Assembly (NCBI GenBank): GCA_032718475.1
Contig: JAUCBJ010000012.1
Coordinates: 1 to 64,000, forward strand
DNA from: Nemertoderma westbladi
Taxonomy: Eukaryota; Animalia; Xenacoelomorpha
DNA length: 64,000 nt
Direction of reading: 5' to 3'
The notes beneath the pieces were generated by a model. It had not been told where the DNA came from, searched no databases, and saw nothing but the letters and a program-made list of their open reading frames with translations. Within the stretch, counting starts at the first letter, position 1. Each line of letters opens with the position of its first letter. Both the position numbers and the translations under genes were made by a program. Positions 25,443-37,978 of this stretch are shown here, piece after piece.

Positions 25443-25587
25443 GTTGGAGACAAATACAGTACCGGTACATCCAGTGACACAGTCGGTGAATAGGTATATA
25501 AGCTGATTAGGGTATCACAATATTAGTATCTCTACAAATACATATATATTGGTTGGATTTGTTTACAATTATATATCTATAGTAACG

Positions 25588-26091
25588 ATGAATGATTATT
25601 CCTATGGACCTCCGCCTAAGGACGCAGACGATATGGTGTCGTTGAAGGTGGACAACCTCACCTACAGGACAACGCCGGACGACCTGCGTCGCGCATTCCA
25701 GAAATACGGGGAAGTCGGAGACGTTTATATTCCGCGCGACCGGAGCACTCGGGACAGTCGCGGCTTCGCGTTCGTTCGCTACTACAGTCGGCGAGACGCG
25801 GACGACGCGATGGACGGCTTGGACGGGTCGCTGATGGACGGAAGGGATATTCGGGTTTCCTTGGCGCGACATCCGCGCCCCTTGGAGCCGCGGGGCTCGT
25901 ACGGAAGGGGCGGGGGCGGCCGGTACGACGGAGGGGGGCGTTCCGGTGGCGACTACAGGTCCGGTCCGCCACGGAGTCGGTACGGGGGCGGTAGGAGCTA
26001 CCGCTCACGCTCGCGAACCCCGCCACGTCGGGACAGACGGCGCAGTCGCAGCTACAGTCGCTCGCGGTCGCTCAGTCGGTCTCCCAGGTAA
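25588..26091 (+). CDS. SRSF2: Serine/arginine-rich splicing factor 2 (SC35): RRM plus G-rich linker and RS domain
   Basis: [11 protein letters not shown]...[26 protein letters not shown] is diagnostic of SRSF2. ATG 25588. The C-terminus may be spliced (26088-26200). Confidence 0.93.
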   Translation: MNDYSYGPPPKDADDMVSLKVDNLTYRTTPDDLRRAFQKYGEVGDVYIPRDRSTRDSRGFAFVRYYSRRDADDAMDGLDGSLMDGRDIRVSLARHPRPLEPRGSYGRGGGGRYDGGGRSGGDYRSGPPRSRYGGGRSYRSRSRTPPRRDRRRSRSYSRSRSLSRSPR

Positions 26092-27280
26092 AGGGTTCCG
26101 TTCCAGGGTCAGTCCCCGTTTGGATTTCGCAATGTCTCGTTTACTACACTCTCTGTCCGTCTACACTGAGTCTCCTTGTGTTAAACCTGCTATCTTTTAG
26201 CAGCCCCGCTTATATCAAATAAAACTGAATCCTTTCCCAACGTGTTGGTTGGCTTTAGTCTCTTTGAAATGATTAGTTTTAATTGGTTATTATGATTACT
26301 GACTAACGTAACGTTAGGTTGTCATTGCGATTGAGACAGACTTACCCTCGAAATCTACAATCTGCTTTACTGAACACGAACTATTTCAATCCGGTTATTG
26401 ATGTACTTCGTATTGTCTTTACACTTATTTGTATTCTACTGTAGGTAGGGGGTGTCGTTTGTAACTCAGGGGCTCAGTGATATATATATATATATGCTTA
26501 GTATGAATATATCGTATTATTTTAAGAAAATGTGAATAAAATTAATTAATTTCGATCATCAGTCATTGTTATGTGACGCTTGTCCGTTATTGATAACACT
26601 GACAGTAACCAGCATGGTAGTGAATGGGTTAGGGTTAGGTATATCGTACTGACCCTAATACTAGTAATAATAATAAATAATACGATATTTTACTATTTTA
26701 AAATTATATAGTATTGACACGAGTTACTTTGTTCCATCATTTTATTGGTCGCCAGTAGATAATGTTGTAAATTTGTTAAAGGTTGATAAACATTGAGCGG
26801 TTATGTTATTGGTTTACTGTGATGACGTTCATTAAGACGGTGTTGATTTTATTGGAATTTTTAATTCTTATACTAGAGTTATTCATCTATATCATAATAT
26901 ATATCTGACTACTTTATCACAAAAAGTGGAATAGTAGATCAAGTTTATTTTACGGTAATAATCACGACTGTTTGTTTGTTTTCAAATGGTTGTTTGCCTT
27001 ACTCAATTTCAAGTAAAATTCGGGTATTTTAGGCTTTTCTTACCTTTTTGGTACAATAAGAAAAATTATACCGGTATCTGATTTTAAATAAAGAAGATAT
27101 TATTATGAAGATTACTGGAACTTATTATATGAGTATAATAATAGGTAACTCTAGTATATACAGTTAATTACTTTTGGCAGTTTCATTTGCGAGACTTTTC
27201 GCTTTGTAGTTTTTTTATGTGGTGATTTATTGTTTCGTATTCTTTATTGGTCACCAGGCGTTCTCCAAGAGTTGCAGTTG

Positions 27281-30200
27281 TTACACAACCGCGGACAGAC
27301 ACATAATCCAGGATGAGTCAGTGTCAGACCCACTCCCGCTGACATGTACGTATCCGATATCCGAGTTGGCTCTATTATAGGAGGTATAACCCTGTAAACA
27401 ATAACGGTATAACCCTGTACGCAATAACGATATAACCCTGTAAACAATAACGGCATAACCCTGTAAACAATAACGATATAACCCTGAAAACAATAACGAT
27501 ATAACCCTGAAAACAATAACGCATAACCCTGTAAACAATAACGGCATAACCCTGTAAACAATAACGATATAACCCTGAAAACAATAACGATATAACCCTG
27601 AAAACAATAACGATATAACCCTGAAAACAATAACGCATAACCCTGTAAACAATAACGATATAACCCTGTACACAATAACGATATAACCCTGAAAAGAATA
27701 ACGCATAACCCTGTAAACAATAACGGTATATATATAACCCTGTACACAATAACGCATAACCCTGTAAACAATATCGATATAACCCTGAAAACAATAACGC
27801 ATAACCATGTAAACAATACCGATATAACCCTGAAAACAATAACGATATAACCCTGAAAACAATAACGCATAACCCTGTAAACAATAACGATATAACCCTG
27901 TACACAATAACGATATAACCCTGAAAAGAATAACGCATAACCCTGTAAACAATAACGGTATATATAACCCTGTACACAATAACGCATAACCCTGTTATCA
28001 ATAACGATATAACCCTGAAAACAATAACGCATAACCCTGTAAACAATAACGGTATATATAACCCTGTACACAATAACGCATAACCCTGTAAACAATATCG
28101 ATATAACCCTGAAAACAATAACGCATAACCATGTAAACAATACCGATATAACCCTGTAACAATAACGATATAACCCTGAAAACAATAACGATAACCCTTT
28201 AAACAATAACGATATAACCCTGTAGACATTAACGATATAACCCTTTAAACAATAACGATATAACCCTGTAAACAATAACACATAACCCTGTAAACAATAA
28301 CGCATAACCCTGTAAACAAAAACGCATCACCATATAAACAATAACGCATAACTCTGTAAACAATAACTCGTAACCATGTAAAGAATAACGGTATACCCTG
28401 TAAACAATAACGCATAACCCTGTAAACAATAACGATATAACCCTGTAAACAATAACGCATAACCCTGTAAACAATAACGCATAACCATATAAACAATAAC
28501 GGATAACTCTGTAAACAGTAACGCATAACCATGTAAAGAATAACGGTATACCATGTAAACAATTACGATATCACACTGTAAACAATAACGATATAACACT
28601 GTAAACAATAACGATTTATCCCTGTAAACAATAACGCATAATCCTGTACAAACAACAACAGTATAACCCTGTAAAAAATAACGCATAACCCTGTAAAAAA
28701 TAACGATATCACACTGTAAACAATAACGATATAACACTGTAAACAAAAACGATTTATCCCTGTAAACAATAACGCATAATCCTGTACAAACAACAACAGT
28801 ATAACCCTGTAAAAAATATCGCATAACCCTGTAAACAATAACGATATAACCCTTTAGACAATAACGATATAACCCTGTAAACAATAACGATATAACACTG
28901 ACTGTAAACAATAACGATTTAACCATGTAAACAATACCGGTATAACCCTGTGTAAACTATAACGGTATAACAGATATTTAGATTTAATAGATATAAAACG
29001 AATTTGCTCAAATCTACCTGGAAACACCCTCAGATTGATATGTAGGGTTATTGTAGTTCACACTAGGTATTTCTAGAACCGACACATTTGTCGGATGTTG
29101 AGTCCCTAACTTCTCTCGACATGTTGGACACGGTGGCATTGAGGCTCCTGTATGTATCGTTTGCGACGGCCTTGGGCATTCTCGGCACAAGTGACCCGTT
29201 CCAGGTTGAACAATAAATGAGCTCAACTCATTCTAAAATAAAGAATATCTTAAACGGCCTGTCAGATTGCTAGTTTTTGTTTATTTTTATCCGTTATATA
29301 TTTAGTGTAATAATCATTGACACTAATGATTAGTATAAAAAATTGTTCTCCCTTGGCCTGTTACACTTCTTTATCACCTGCGTCTCCTATCGGTTCATTG
29401 AATAATAAATACTAACACATTTGTGATAATTGTGTAATTGATTCGACGCAATCAAAATTCATCCCACTCCCTCGGTAAATCAACGAAAATAATCGTTTAA
29501 TGTTTTGGTTAGAATAACGTGGCCACTGTAACCTGTTCCTTACCCTGAATTTATAATTTAACATGAGACGTCATATTAATTAACTGAGGAGGTATTCCCC
29601 CCCCCCCCCCCCCCCCCCCCTTTATCACAGTATAATAGTTCTACAACAGAAGGTAGATAGTTGTAACCTTGTGAAGTGACGATAAACATCCACTATCATA
29701 TGTTCGTGATTGGGTATTCGTTGGGATTGTCCAAGTTGCTATTGTCGATGTCCCTACAATTACAAATTAAATGATATTTACACTAAACTGTATCGGCATA
29801 TTATACACAGGATCTTCGTAACTTTATTCCACTCACTCGCCACGTTCGTTCGTTTAATACGTTCGTTCGTTTAAAAACCACTCCGGTCAGTATACTCAGC
29901 AGGTAGGACAGTCACCGAGAGTTCAAACTGATTGTGTGACGACCCCCTGACTTGCAGGTAACAGCCAAGAGAGATGAGCATTCGGGATACTAAATTATTT
30001 CACGTTCCCCGATAACTTTACGGTATTTATGTAAATAGTTATTAATTACCTGAAGTTTTTGTGTTGTAAGTTATTAATTACCTGAAGTTTTTGTGTTGTA
30101 AGTTATTAATTACCTGAAGTTTTTGTGTTGTAAGTTATTAATTACCTGAAGTTTTTGTGTTGTAAGTTATTAATTACCTGAAGTTTTTGTGTTGTAAGCC

Positions 30201-30357
30201 CCTTTTCTTTGCGACACGAGGAACCTGTGCTTGCGGTCGATCGCATTCTGTCTGCGCTGTGATTCGTGGTGATAATTCGGATTCATAGCCATGTCGAGGA
30301 GGTGAAGTATCCTTTGCTTAACCTTATCGTATGTCGTGAAATACAACTCAGTACAAC
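27281..30357 (-). CDS. 3' exons of an unidentified spliced gene (30357-30178, 29753-29668, 29232-29018, 27371-27281)
   Basis: Four GT-AG exons with compatible phases (1/1, 1/0, 0/2, 2/stop) give ~190 uninterrupted codons ending WIMCLSAVV*; AATAAA at 27248-27243. One donor (GTTACA) is weak. Confidence 0.6.
27385..28970. repeat. Intronic satellite, 22/23-bp monomer (TAACCCTGTAAACAATAACG(ATA/CA))
   Basis: Tandem periodicity seen directly; produces spurious repetitive minus-strand ORFs. Confidence 0.97.
30037..30198. repeat. Five perfect copies of a 32-bp unit (agttattaattacctgaagtttttgtgttgta)
   Basis: Seen directly; the unit spans a predicted minus-strand exon/intron boundary. Confidence 0.95.
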
Positions 30358-30554
30358 CTATAATTATGAAGTTATAATGGTACACGAGTGGGGTCGTTGT
30401 GTATAAGTCCATTTATAGGAAGGGATCTAGGGGTCTTATCCTCGAATGATAAGTTTATTTTACCGAAAATAACTTATATTTTATTGGCGCAATTGTAGGA
30501 CTATCCCATCACATGCGTATTTTTTAACCGGGTAGTGTACAAATTTGTATATGT

Positions 30555-30805
30555 ATAATCTCTCAGTTCTTGTGGTCGTACGAAGTTCGTTTTAGGCTCA
30601 TTCGAGCTCTTTTCTCAGAGAACAAAGTTACCATTTGGTTTGGCAAACTCTTGAAAGCTGCCTGAGCAATCATAACTTGAACAAAATTTGCAAGACATAT
30701 TTTACCCAAATTCATGTTATGTTGCTTCACAACCATTTTATCTTAAATCAAATGGTAACTTTGTTCTCTGAAAAACTTCGTACGACCACTAGAACTGGAG
30801 ATTAT
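30555..30805. mobile_element. Short palindromic MITE
   Basis: ataatctc..cagttcttgtggtcgtacgaagtt / aacttcgtacgaccactagaactg..gagattat, plus an inner IR. Confidence 0.65.
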
Positions 30806-31409
30806 CCATTTTGAAGATCTCCGATGACCGATAAGTCTATTCCGTGTAATCCCGCAAAGACCGCAGAGTCGCTTATTCGAGTCCAGTCTTTATTCCGGAG
30901 ACTTAAAGTTGTCTTATAAACTGATAGTAGGTCCAATAATCATAAAAAAATACCTTCTCAATTAAAATTTTGTGCTCTTTCTCGTAGAGACATCCAAATG
31001 GCACCACTGAGCACAGAAATTTGCAGAAATTGAATGAAGTTTCCCCACATGGGCTTTTTTTTTATATTAATTGATATAATTTGAAAGCGACTGAAACAAA
31101 ACTGGAAATTAATATGGCAGGATTGTGCAATAAATAGTCAAAACATGTGGTTAATTACAATGAACCTGACATAAAATAATAAGGGTTCGAATTTCCATTC
31201 GTTGTACAGTAAAATGTAACAATTTGCTTTTGAATCCAGAAAACGTTTATTGGCGATAAAACCAACATAAATATATATATATAACAAAGCATTGTTGCGC
31301 GGGTGTACCGGTAGTCTACAAGTAATTTGGACATTGTTGTGTGGTATTGTCAAATAATTTACAATCTTTTGAGTTATTCAAAAAAATTAAGACTCCCCTA
31401 AAGTCAAGT

Positions 31410-32970
31410 ATCCCCCCCCCCACCAAATTATTCTCTTAATAAGATAGCATGAAATTTGAAACAGAGATAGCTTCAACTACGTCCTCCTTTGTGGGTGAGC
31501 CAGAATTTTTATTTTCGCTTTCAATCTATAGCTACAGTCTTATTGCAGTTATTCTTACACCTTATAGTAATTTGTTGGTAGCAATGGAAAGCTGGCCGTG
31601 CAAAGATTCCAAATATGTGAAAATATTTAAATTTGGTTTGGAAATAGCTGAGTTATGGGCATTCGAATGTTGCATGTAATTGCTTCCGCTGCAGGCCATT
31701 TATTCTATTTAATAAATACTCGATGTTCTACAACATTTTGTTTATGTATGAATATCCATGTACTGTAGTAATATTATTATTATAGGCATTATACTGTTGC
31801 CAAGCTACTTATGAGAAAAACAAAATGTTCCAGAATATTGTGTATTTATTAAATAGAATAAAAGGCCCGCATCGGAAGCATTACATGCATGATTCGAATG
31901 CCCATAACTCAGCTATTTCCCAACCAAATTCACAACTATTTTACATCATTGTGTGCAAAGTAGCACTTTGCAGCGTTATGACCCGAGTTTATTTATGTAC
32001 CGAGCGAGCGCAGCGAGGGAGGTTTACATAAATAAACAAGGGTCTTTAATGCTGAAAAGTGACCTTTGCACACAATGGTGTATGTAATTTTGTTACATTA
32101 TGTCAACTTATCAGCGTTCGGTATGTGAAGAAGGATTTTATGGATACTCATTTATACATTTTAATCTTGTACTATATCGAATTTAAGTGAAATTTATTAA
32201 CAGGTACACAGTATTAATTATACATTTATATCTAATTAAAGCTTATTGTTGTTATCTTCTGCATGGATGTGATAAAACTTTGATTCATTCCATTTTTTCC
32301 TTGGTCGCCTGCATCAAATATAATCGCCTGTGTCGCCGTCCAGTTTTACTGAACATTGTTGCCATGTTCTGTGCTCATTTTCTCTAAAGTGTCTTCTATT
32401 GGACGTTTCGATATAATGGAATAAATTAGACGTTAAACAATTATTTACATACAGTAGCTAGTCATAATCCCGTCACTGCTAACTGGATTGATAACAAAGC
32501 AGCACGCATTAATATAAATGGAAATAATACATTCTGGAGTACAGCAATTGAAGTTGTTTCCATGTCATTGATTACTTTGCAGCGTTCCGTCCTATAGGCC
32601 ACAACGCTGCAAAGTGGTACCTTGCAGTGTTACGAGTAATTCATCAGAACGCTGTTAAGTTGACATAATGTAACAAAATATTTTTACATCTTTGGAATCC
32701 TTGCACGGCCAGCTTTCCATTGGTACCAGCAAACAGCTACTGTATATAAGGTAGAAGAATAACTGCGGTGGTGTAACTGTTGTAATTTCGCTGGAGACAC
32801 TTTTTTTAAACGCTTGTAGGGTGTAGCTTAAGATTGAAAGCAAAAATAAAAATTCTGACTCACCCAAGAAGTGGTCGGGAGGTGACACTATCTCTGTTTC
32901 AAATTTCATGCAATCTCATCAAGATTTGAAGAACAAATTTTTTTTTTTTTTGGGGGGGGGGGGGGGGATG
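31410..32970. mobile_element. Foldback element with long IR arms and nested palindromes; related fragment at ~24330-24620
   Basis: 31445-31630 is the reverse complement of ~32675-32912 (two MKFETEI... pseudo-ORFs on opposite strands). Confidence 0.65.
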
Positions 32971-35759
32971 TGTCACTGATTTACGACACTACTGGCTATT
33001 GCAGGACATGGTGTAATGTAGAGTAGAAAAAAAAATGGTTTGGATGAATTGCGAATTTGTTATGGGTTGACCCCCTTTTTGACCAGATTGACTCGCCTAT
33101 TAGGACACATCCCCTCCAAAATTTATTAACAAAATATTTATTAAACATTGTTTCTGTTAGTTTTTATTTAATTTATATATATATTTAAAGTGTTTATTTA
33201 AGGCCTGACTATATTAGGCCTACATATTTTTTGGACTAGCTAACAACAAAATAATAGCTACCATAAATAAACATCACCAAGAATCACATAAATATCATTC
33301 ATGTACCATGGAACTATGTACTAAGTACGGTACATGAAGCCATAGTCGTACGAGTGTGTTATAGGTTCACCCCCACGAATTTTTTTTATTTTTGTACACT
33401 GTATATACTTGATTTTGTTTGAGTGATCCCATTGCAGCAATACTGCGTAGGCCTATGCTTAGTGAATATTTCCATAAATTACCCCCCACCTCCATCTGAG
33501 TCTGAGAGCCTTCTGACGATACAGACTGACACTACTTGCAGTACCCGGTACCGGTACTTACCTTTTCAGTTTATGACGATTTATCTAATGTACAGTATGT
33601 AGTAGCGAACGTACCCCTTTTTAGTGTATAACTTTGTCTTTAAATTAAGTTACATTGCATTGGTTTACAAATTCTACATTAGCTAACTGTACAAAAATGT
33701 ATATTTTATTAAATAACACTTGTTAATTTTTCCATTCAAAACATTAGCACAAAAGGGTACTTTTTAGAATACAGTACTTTTTACATTTCAGTTGCCATGT
33801 GATTATTATCTTGGAGTTGTTACGGTAATAGTTCCTGCTTGCGTGTGTGTAGGCCCGTGTAAACCTGGGCCGCTCCTGAGTCTTGGTCTCAGTTCATTGT
33901 ACCTAAAACCCCATCCGGTTCAATTTTGTCCGGTCCACAATAAAGTTCATAACGGGAAAATATGCCCCCCCCCCCCCATAAATTATGCCCAGGGGGCATA
34001 TTTTCCTAGGAATAATGCCCCCTCGGGCAAATTTTCCTAGGAAAAATCCCCCCTCCCTGAATTACACTATTTTATTGAAGACTCTCTGCCTCTGAGATTG
34101 TATGCACAACTGAACCCCGCGCCTACGAAAGAGACCCCACCAGCCATGGCAGCATGGGTTATTTTACCGAGTCAAAACACAAAAAAGTGGCCAGATCGTT
34201 TATACAAATTTGGCGGCCCCAAGCATAACTTTTGACATACATTTGACCATTTCTCCTACATTTACCCTCAAAATGAAGGTACATTTTGTTAATATTCCAA
34301 TATCCCCCCCCCCCCCCCCCCCCCCCCATCATAAAAAAAAGTCCAAAACTCCAAACACTGGTTTGAAGTCAAAACTGATGCTGGACATTTTAATTAAGCT
34401 TCAAAAAAAGACTTCTTACTCCTCGAGTTTTGAATAGTTCGAGACACCAAATGTCATATATCATTGAAAAGAGCACAACATTTTACGCCCATATGCAATG
34501 CTCTATGGATGATAAGATACAGTAAGAGCTAAGAGAGAAAAGGCAGCAGAAAACAAACGACGACAAAGAATGAAGTGGAGGGAGGATGATACACATAAGA
34601 GGATGATAGTGGAAGAACAATCTGAAGGTAATTTAACGGTTCTTTCAGATACAAACATACAATCATCAGGAAGTCACAGTCGTTCTCTAGCAAGACGTCG
34701 TCATTTTAACATGGCGTAAAATATTCGAATAAAACAATTAGTGATGAGAAATGAAAAACTAAGAAAGAAATTGTTTTACCTGAAACAAAAGGTTAACTTG
34801 CCTGATACTCCCATTGCTGCAAAGGGGCTGCAAAGTGACAGTGACAAAGCAGATAATGAAGGTCAAAGTTGATTACCGTTAAAGACCTCAATGTACAATT
34901 AACACCCCGCTCTAAGCGTAAACTCTGTACAAGATCACCCATGCGGAAATCATTACGCCGTCTCAGATGTCGCATTAGGGTGGCTGGGAATGCAAAACGC
35001 GACAGCTTGTGACATAGAACCACTACAGACGGAGTCAATAAAGAAAAAGTAATTCTGTTGACGTTTCCTCAGAATGTCCTGATAAAAATAAACACAACAA
35101 ACTACTGTATGGAAACACTTGGTGGTTATAACGCCAAGGAGCAGCTAAGATATCAGAAACGATTACTTAAAGATTATTCACATTAAATTCGATGAAGACA
35201 TGGATTACAGTTTGTTTTGTAGGTACTGGCCTAAAAACGTAATTCTGCCTACATTTTCGAATTGGGGAGATCAATAGCTTGTCATGGGAGCAGGCTAGCG
35301 ATGAGATTGGCAAGAAATGGTGGTGTAGAGTTCATAGAGTCATTCCTTTGAAGAGGTTCATAGATATAATTATTGAAGCCTTTGCTGATCTCAAGGACCA
35401 TATTAACCGCTGCGCTATGTAGCTCAGTATCGCGCTGTTAAAGCAGCAAAGAGATTTATCAAGGAAGATGAACTACGTAGTAGCGCAAATAGATTGGTCG
35501 GATAATTATACGATTTTTCAGGCAGCAGAAATACATTGAGCTTACTATGACATTGAGTCGATATCAATCCATTGTATTACAGCCTGGAAGAGGAAAATGG
35601 ATCGAAATCGTTTGCTTCATTAAGTGAATGCACTAACCATAAGGCACCTGCCGTTATGGCGAGTTGATTGAATTTTTTAAATGACCAGATTGAGTACCGA
35701 CACATTAACAAAATCATTATAATAACAGATTCTCCCACGTCGCAATACCGTAGCACGTA

Positions 35760-36953
35760 GGGGAGAGCAGGGGTGGTTGAACCGTGAGGAGGGGTGAATT
35801 AGTGCAATTTAAAGGAGAACGCTTGGGTTGGGCGTTTCCATGGATACACCATTAGATAGACAATTAAAAACTGCACCTACTGTTGTATTTAGTCCAACTC
35901 TGCGGCTGCTTTACCATGAAGGAAAGTGTGCTTTTCCCACGTGTTTTCTAGAAATGATACCGCCGTTTTTTTGGATCACTCCCATTTCATTGATTTGTCA
36001 ATTCACAAATAAATGTGATACTTTTCTGGTGGAGAAATTATTCAGCTTCAAAATTAGGTATGGACGATTACGTCACTGGTCTGCACTTTTCGTACACAAT
36101 GCATTTTTCAAAAAATGGAGTAGTGTGGGAGTCTTGAATCAATGGAGAGGTGGGAGGGTTGATCCACTTTCCTATTGGTTGTTCTGGCTACCTATCTACA
36201 GATATGGATTAGGTTCCACCTTGGTGTAGTGGTTACATTGAATTCACATCTCCCGTAGGTCGTGGGTTCAATCCTCACATGGGCCAGGGCAGTTTTCGTT
36301 TCGGCACGAATGCTTTAAAGGGACCAGCCAGGGCGCATCTGCCTTGCATCCTTATGTGGTAGCTAAATGAGTACTGGAGTTTCCTCTGGGGAGTAAAGTT
36401 CTGGGGGGGCACTGGAAATAAGTCATCAATCAGACTTTGTGCGTAATCCAGCCTAGCGGCCGATGAAAATTTACTTTTACTTTTTACTTTTATGGATGCT
36501 TCTTGTCAACCAGTGGTGACAGATAGTAGATAATATTATTGTCAAATAAAAAGACGACAGTTATTTATGGAGATAGAAAGTGTATTTGACAAAAGTGAGA
36601 TGTCACTGGCAGACAAACACTGAAAATACACTGACAAATAAATAGGCAGAAATACTAATTTCCATTGACATATTTTCCTATTGATAACATTGCTTCTATA
36701 GATGGTTCAACCCTCCTAACCCCCCTGATTCAAGCCTCCTTCCTATATGGGGTAGGATGAGGCGTGAACGAAAAAAAAAACGCGAGGAAAACGCTTATTT
36801 CTCATATAATACATGATTTTAGCACCTCAATGTATTCCAAATAGATGTAGAATATATTGTTTTAGGTTTTTGTGTAATTTCAGCTTGAAGCTACGATGAG
36901 GAACAGAATAAATCAATTTTTTGTAAATTTTGGTTCAACCCTCCTTACTCCCC
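35760..36953. mobile_element. Non-autonomous Tc1/mariner-superfamily (pogo/Fot1-like) element with TA TSD
   Basis: ta|GGGGAGAGCAGGGGTGGTTGAACC...GGTTCAACCCTCCTTACTCCCC|ta; removing it restores QYRSTYILYLF in the host transposase. Confidence 0.7.
36210..36490 (+). mobile_element. tRNA-derived SINE with a Nin/Deu-domain-like core and (TTTTAC)n tail
   Basis: A box TGGTGTAGTGG, B box GGTTCAATCC, core gccttgcatcct..taaatgagtac, 7-bp TSD TATGGAT (36203-36209 / 36491-36497). Confidence 0.75.
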
Positions 36954-37978
36954 TACATTTTATACCTGTTCTATGTATTTGCTAAGGAAAATAATTTACA
37001 GATTAAATGGTTGTAATTGGAAGCAGGACATGGTAAAGAATCTCCATATGGTATTGGCGGAACCCTCAAGCGCACTTTAGATGCAGTGATGGGGATGGGT
37101 GTACACCAGACACCATCTTTTGATGACATTGTGAATTGTTTTAAGACTCGAACAGTGACAGAAATACTGTACTGAAGATGATGTTAAACAACAAAAGTTG
37201 AAGTTGACACCCGAACCTAGGCCTATTAAAGGCATTGTAAAGGCACATGAGGTTTTGCTTGATCCCATCGTAATGGATTTATCGTGCCTCTGGCAAGATA
37301 AGCTCCTAAAACGGCTTTGTATCTCTAAAGTTTCCAAAAAGTGCTTTCACTTTTTTACTGTTTTGGTTTCTCGGTATCAAGACAGAACTAGCTCGCAATA
37401 ATACACGGTCCTTCAATGACTTGTTGTTTACGGAGATCCACAGCCATTTTCTAGATAGTGCAAAACACCGTGATTTCTGTTCTTTCCAGGTGTTATATTG
37501 CTTCCTTCTGGTATAAAAATAGTGTACTCTACGTAACACCATAGAAAAACCTCTTCGAAGAGGAGAAACCGGGTGAAGAGTGCTTTGGGTCCGTTAGGAT
37601 CCAAAGTATAGCTTCGAAAAATAATACAATTCAAATAATTGTAACCAAAATACACAGAAAATACAGTATTTTAGTCGTTTCGTTATGCTAAAATACTCTG
37701 AAAAATATACAAAAAAGTCCATTGAAAAAAGTCTGATTGTAGAAAAGTCTATTTTGTGGAAAATAGTCATGAAAAGTCGTAATAAACTTGGTGCAGCTTC
37801 ACGCTATTGGAACTTGGCATTAGTACAAACACCAGGTACCCGTCTGGGTCCAAACGGCGGTGGGACCGATTGGATTGAAATGGTTGGCTACTGAATTGAT
37901 ATTTTTGATATAAATTGATTGAATTGATATTTATTTCCTTACTTCTTTATCCTACGACTTAGGATTGACCTCTAAGTC

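Larger units (their letters stand above)
34170..37978 (+). pseudogene. Decayed Sola2-like DDD transposase element (boundaries approximate)
   Basis: Remnants DWSDNY, TDSPTSQYR and EAGHGKESPYGIGGTLKR; the frame rejoins across the 35760-36953 insertion. Family assignment from remembered motifs. Confidence 0.55.

Noticed and set aside
26626-26639. Telomeric TTAGGG repeats
   Set aside because: Only about two units; chance level.
27375-28926. Long hydrophobic minus-strand ORFs
   Set aside because: Translations of the 22/23-bp satellite; only 27371-27281 is treated as an exon.
36218-36290. tRNA gene
   Set aside because: A and B boxes are present, but the cloverleaf is incomplete and it is followed by a SINE core, tail and TSD.
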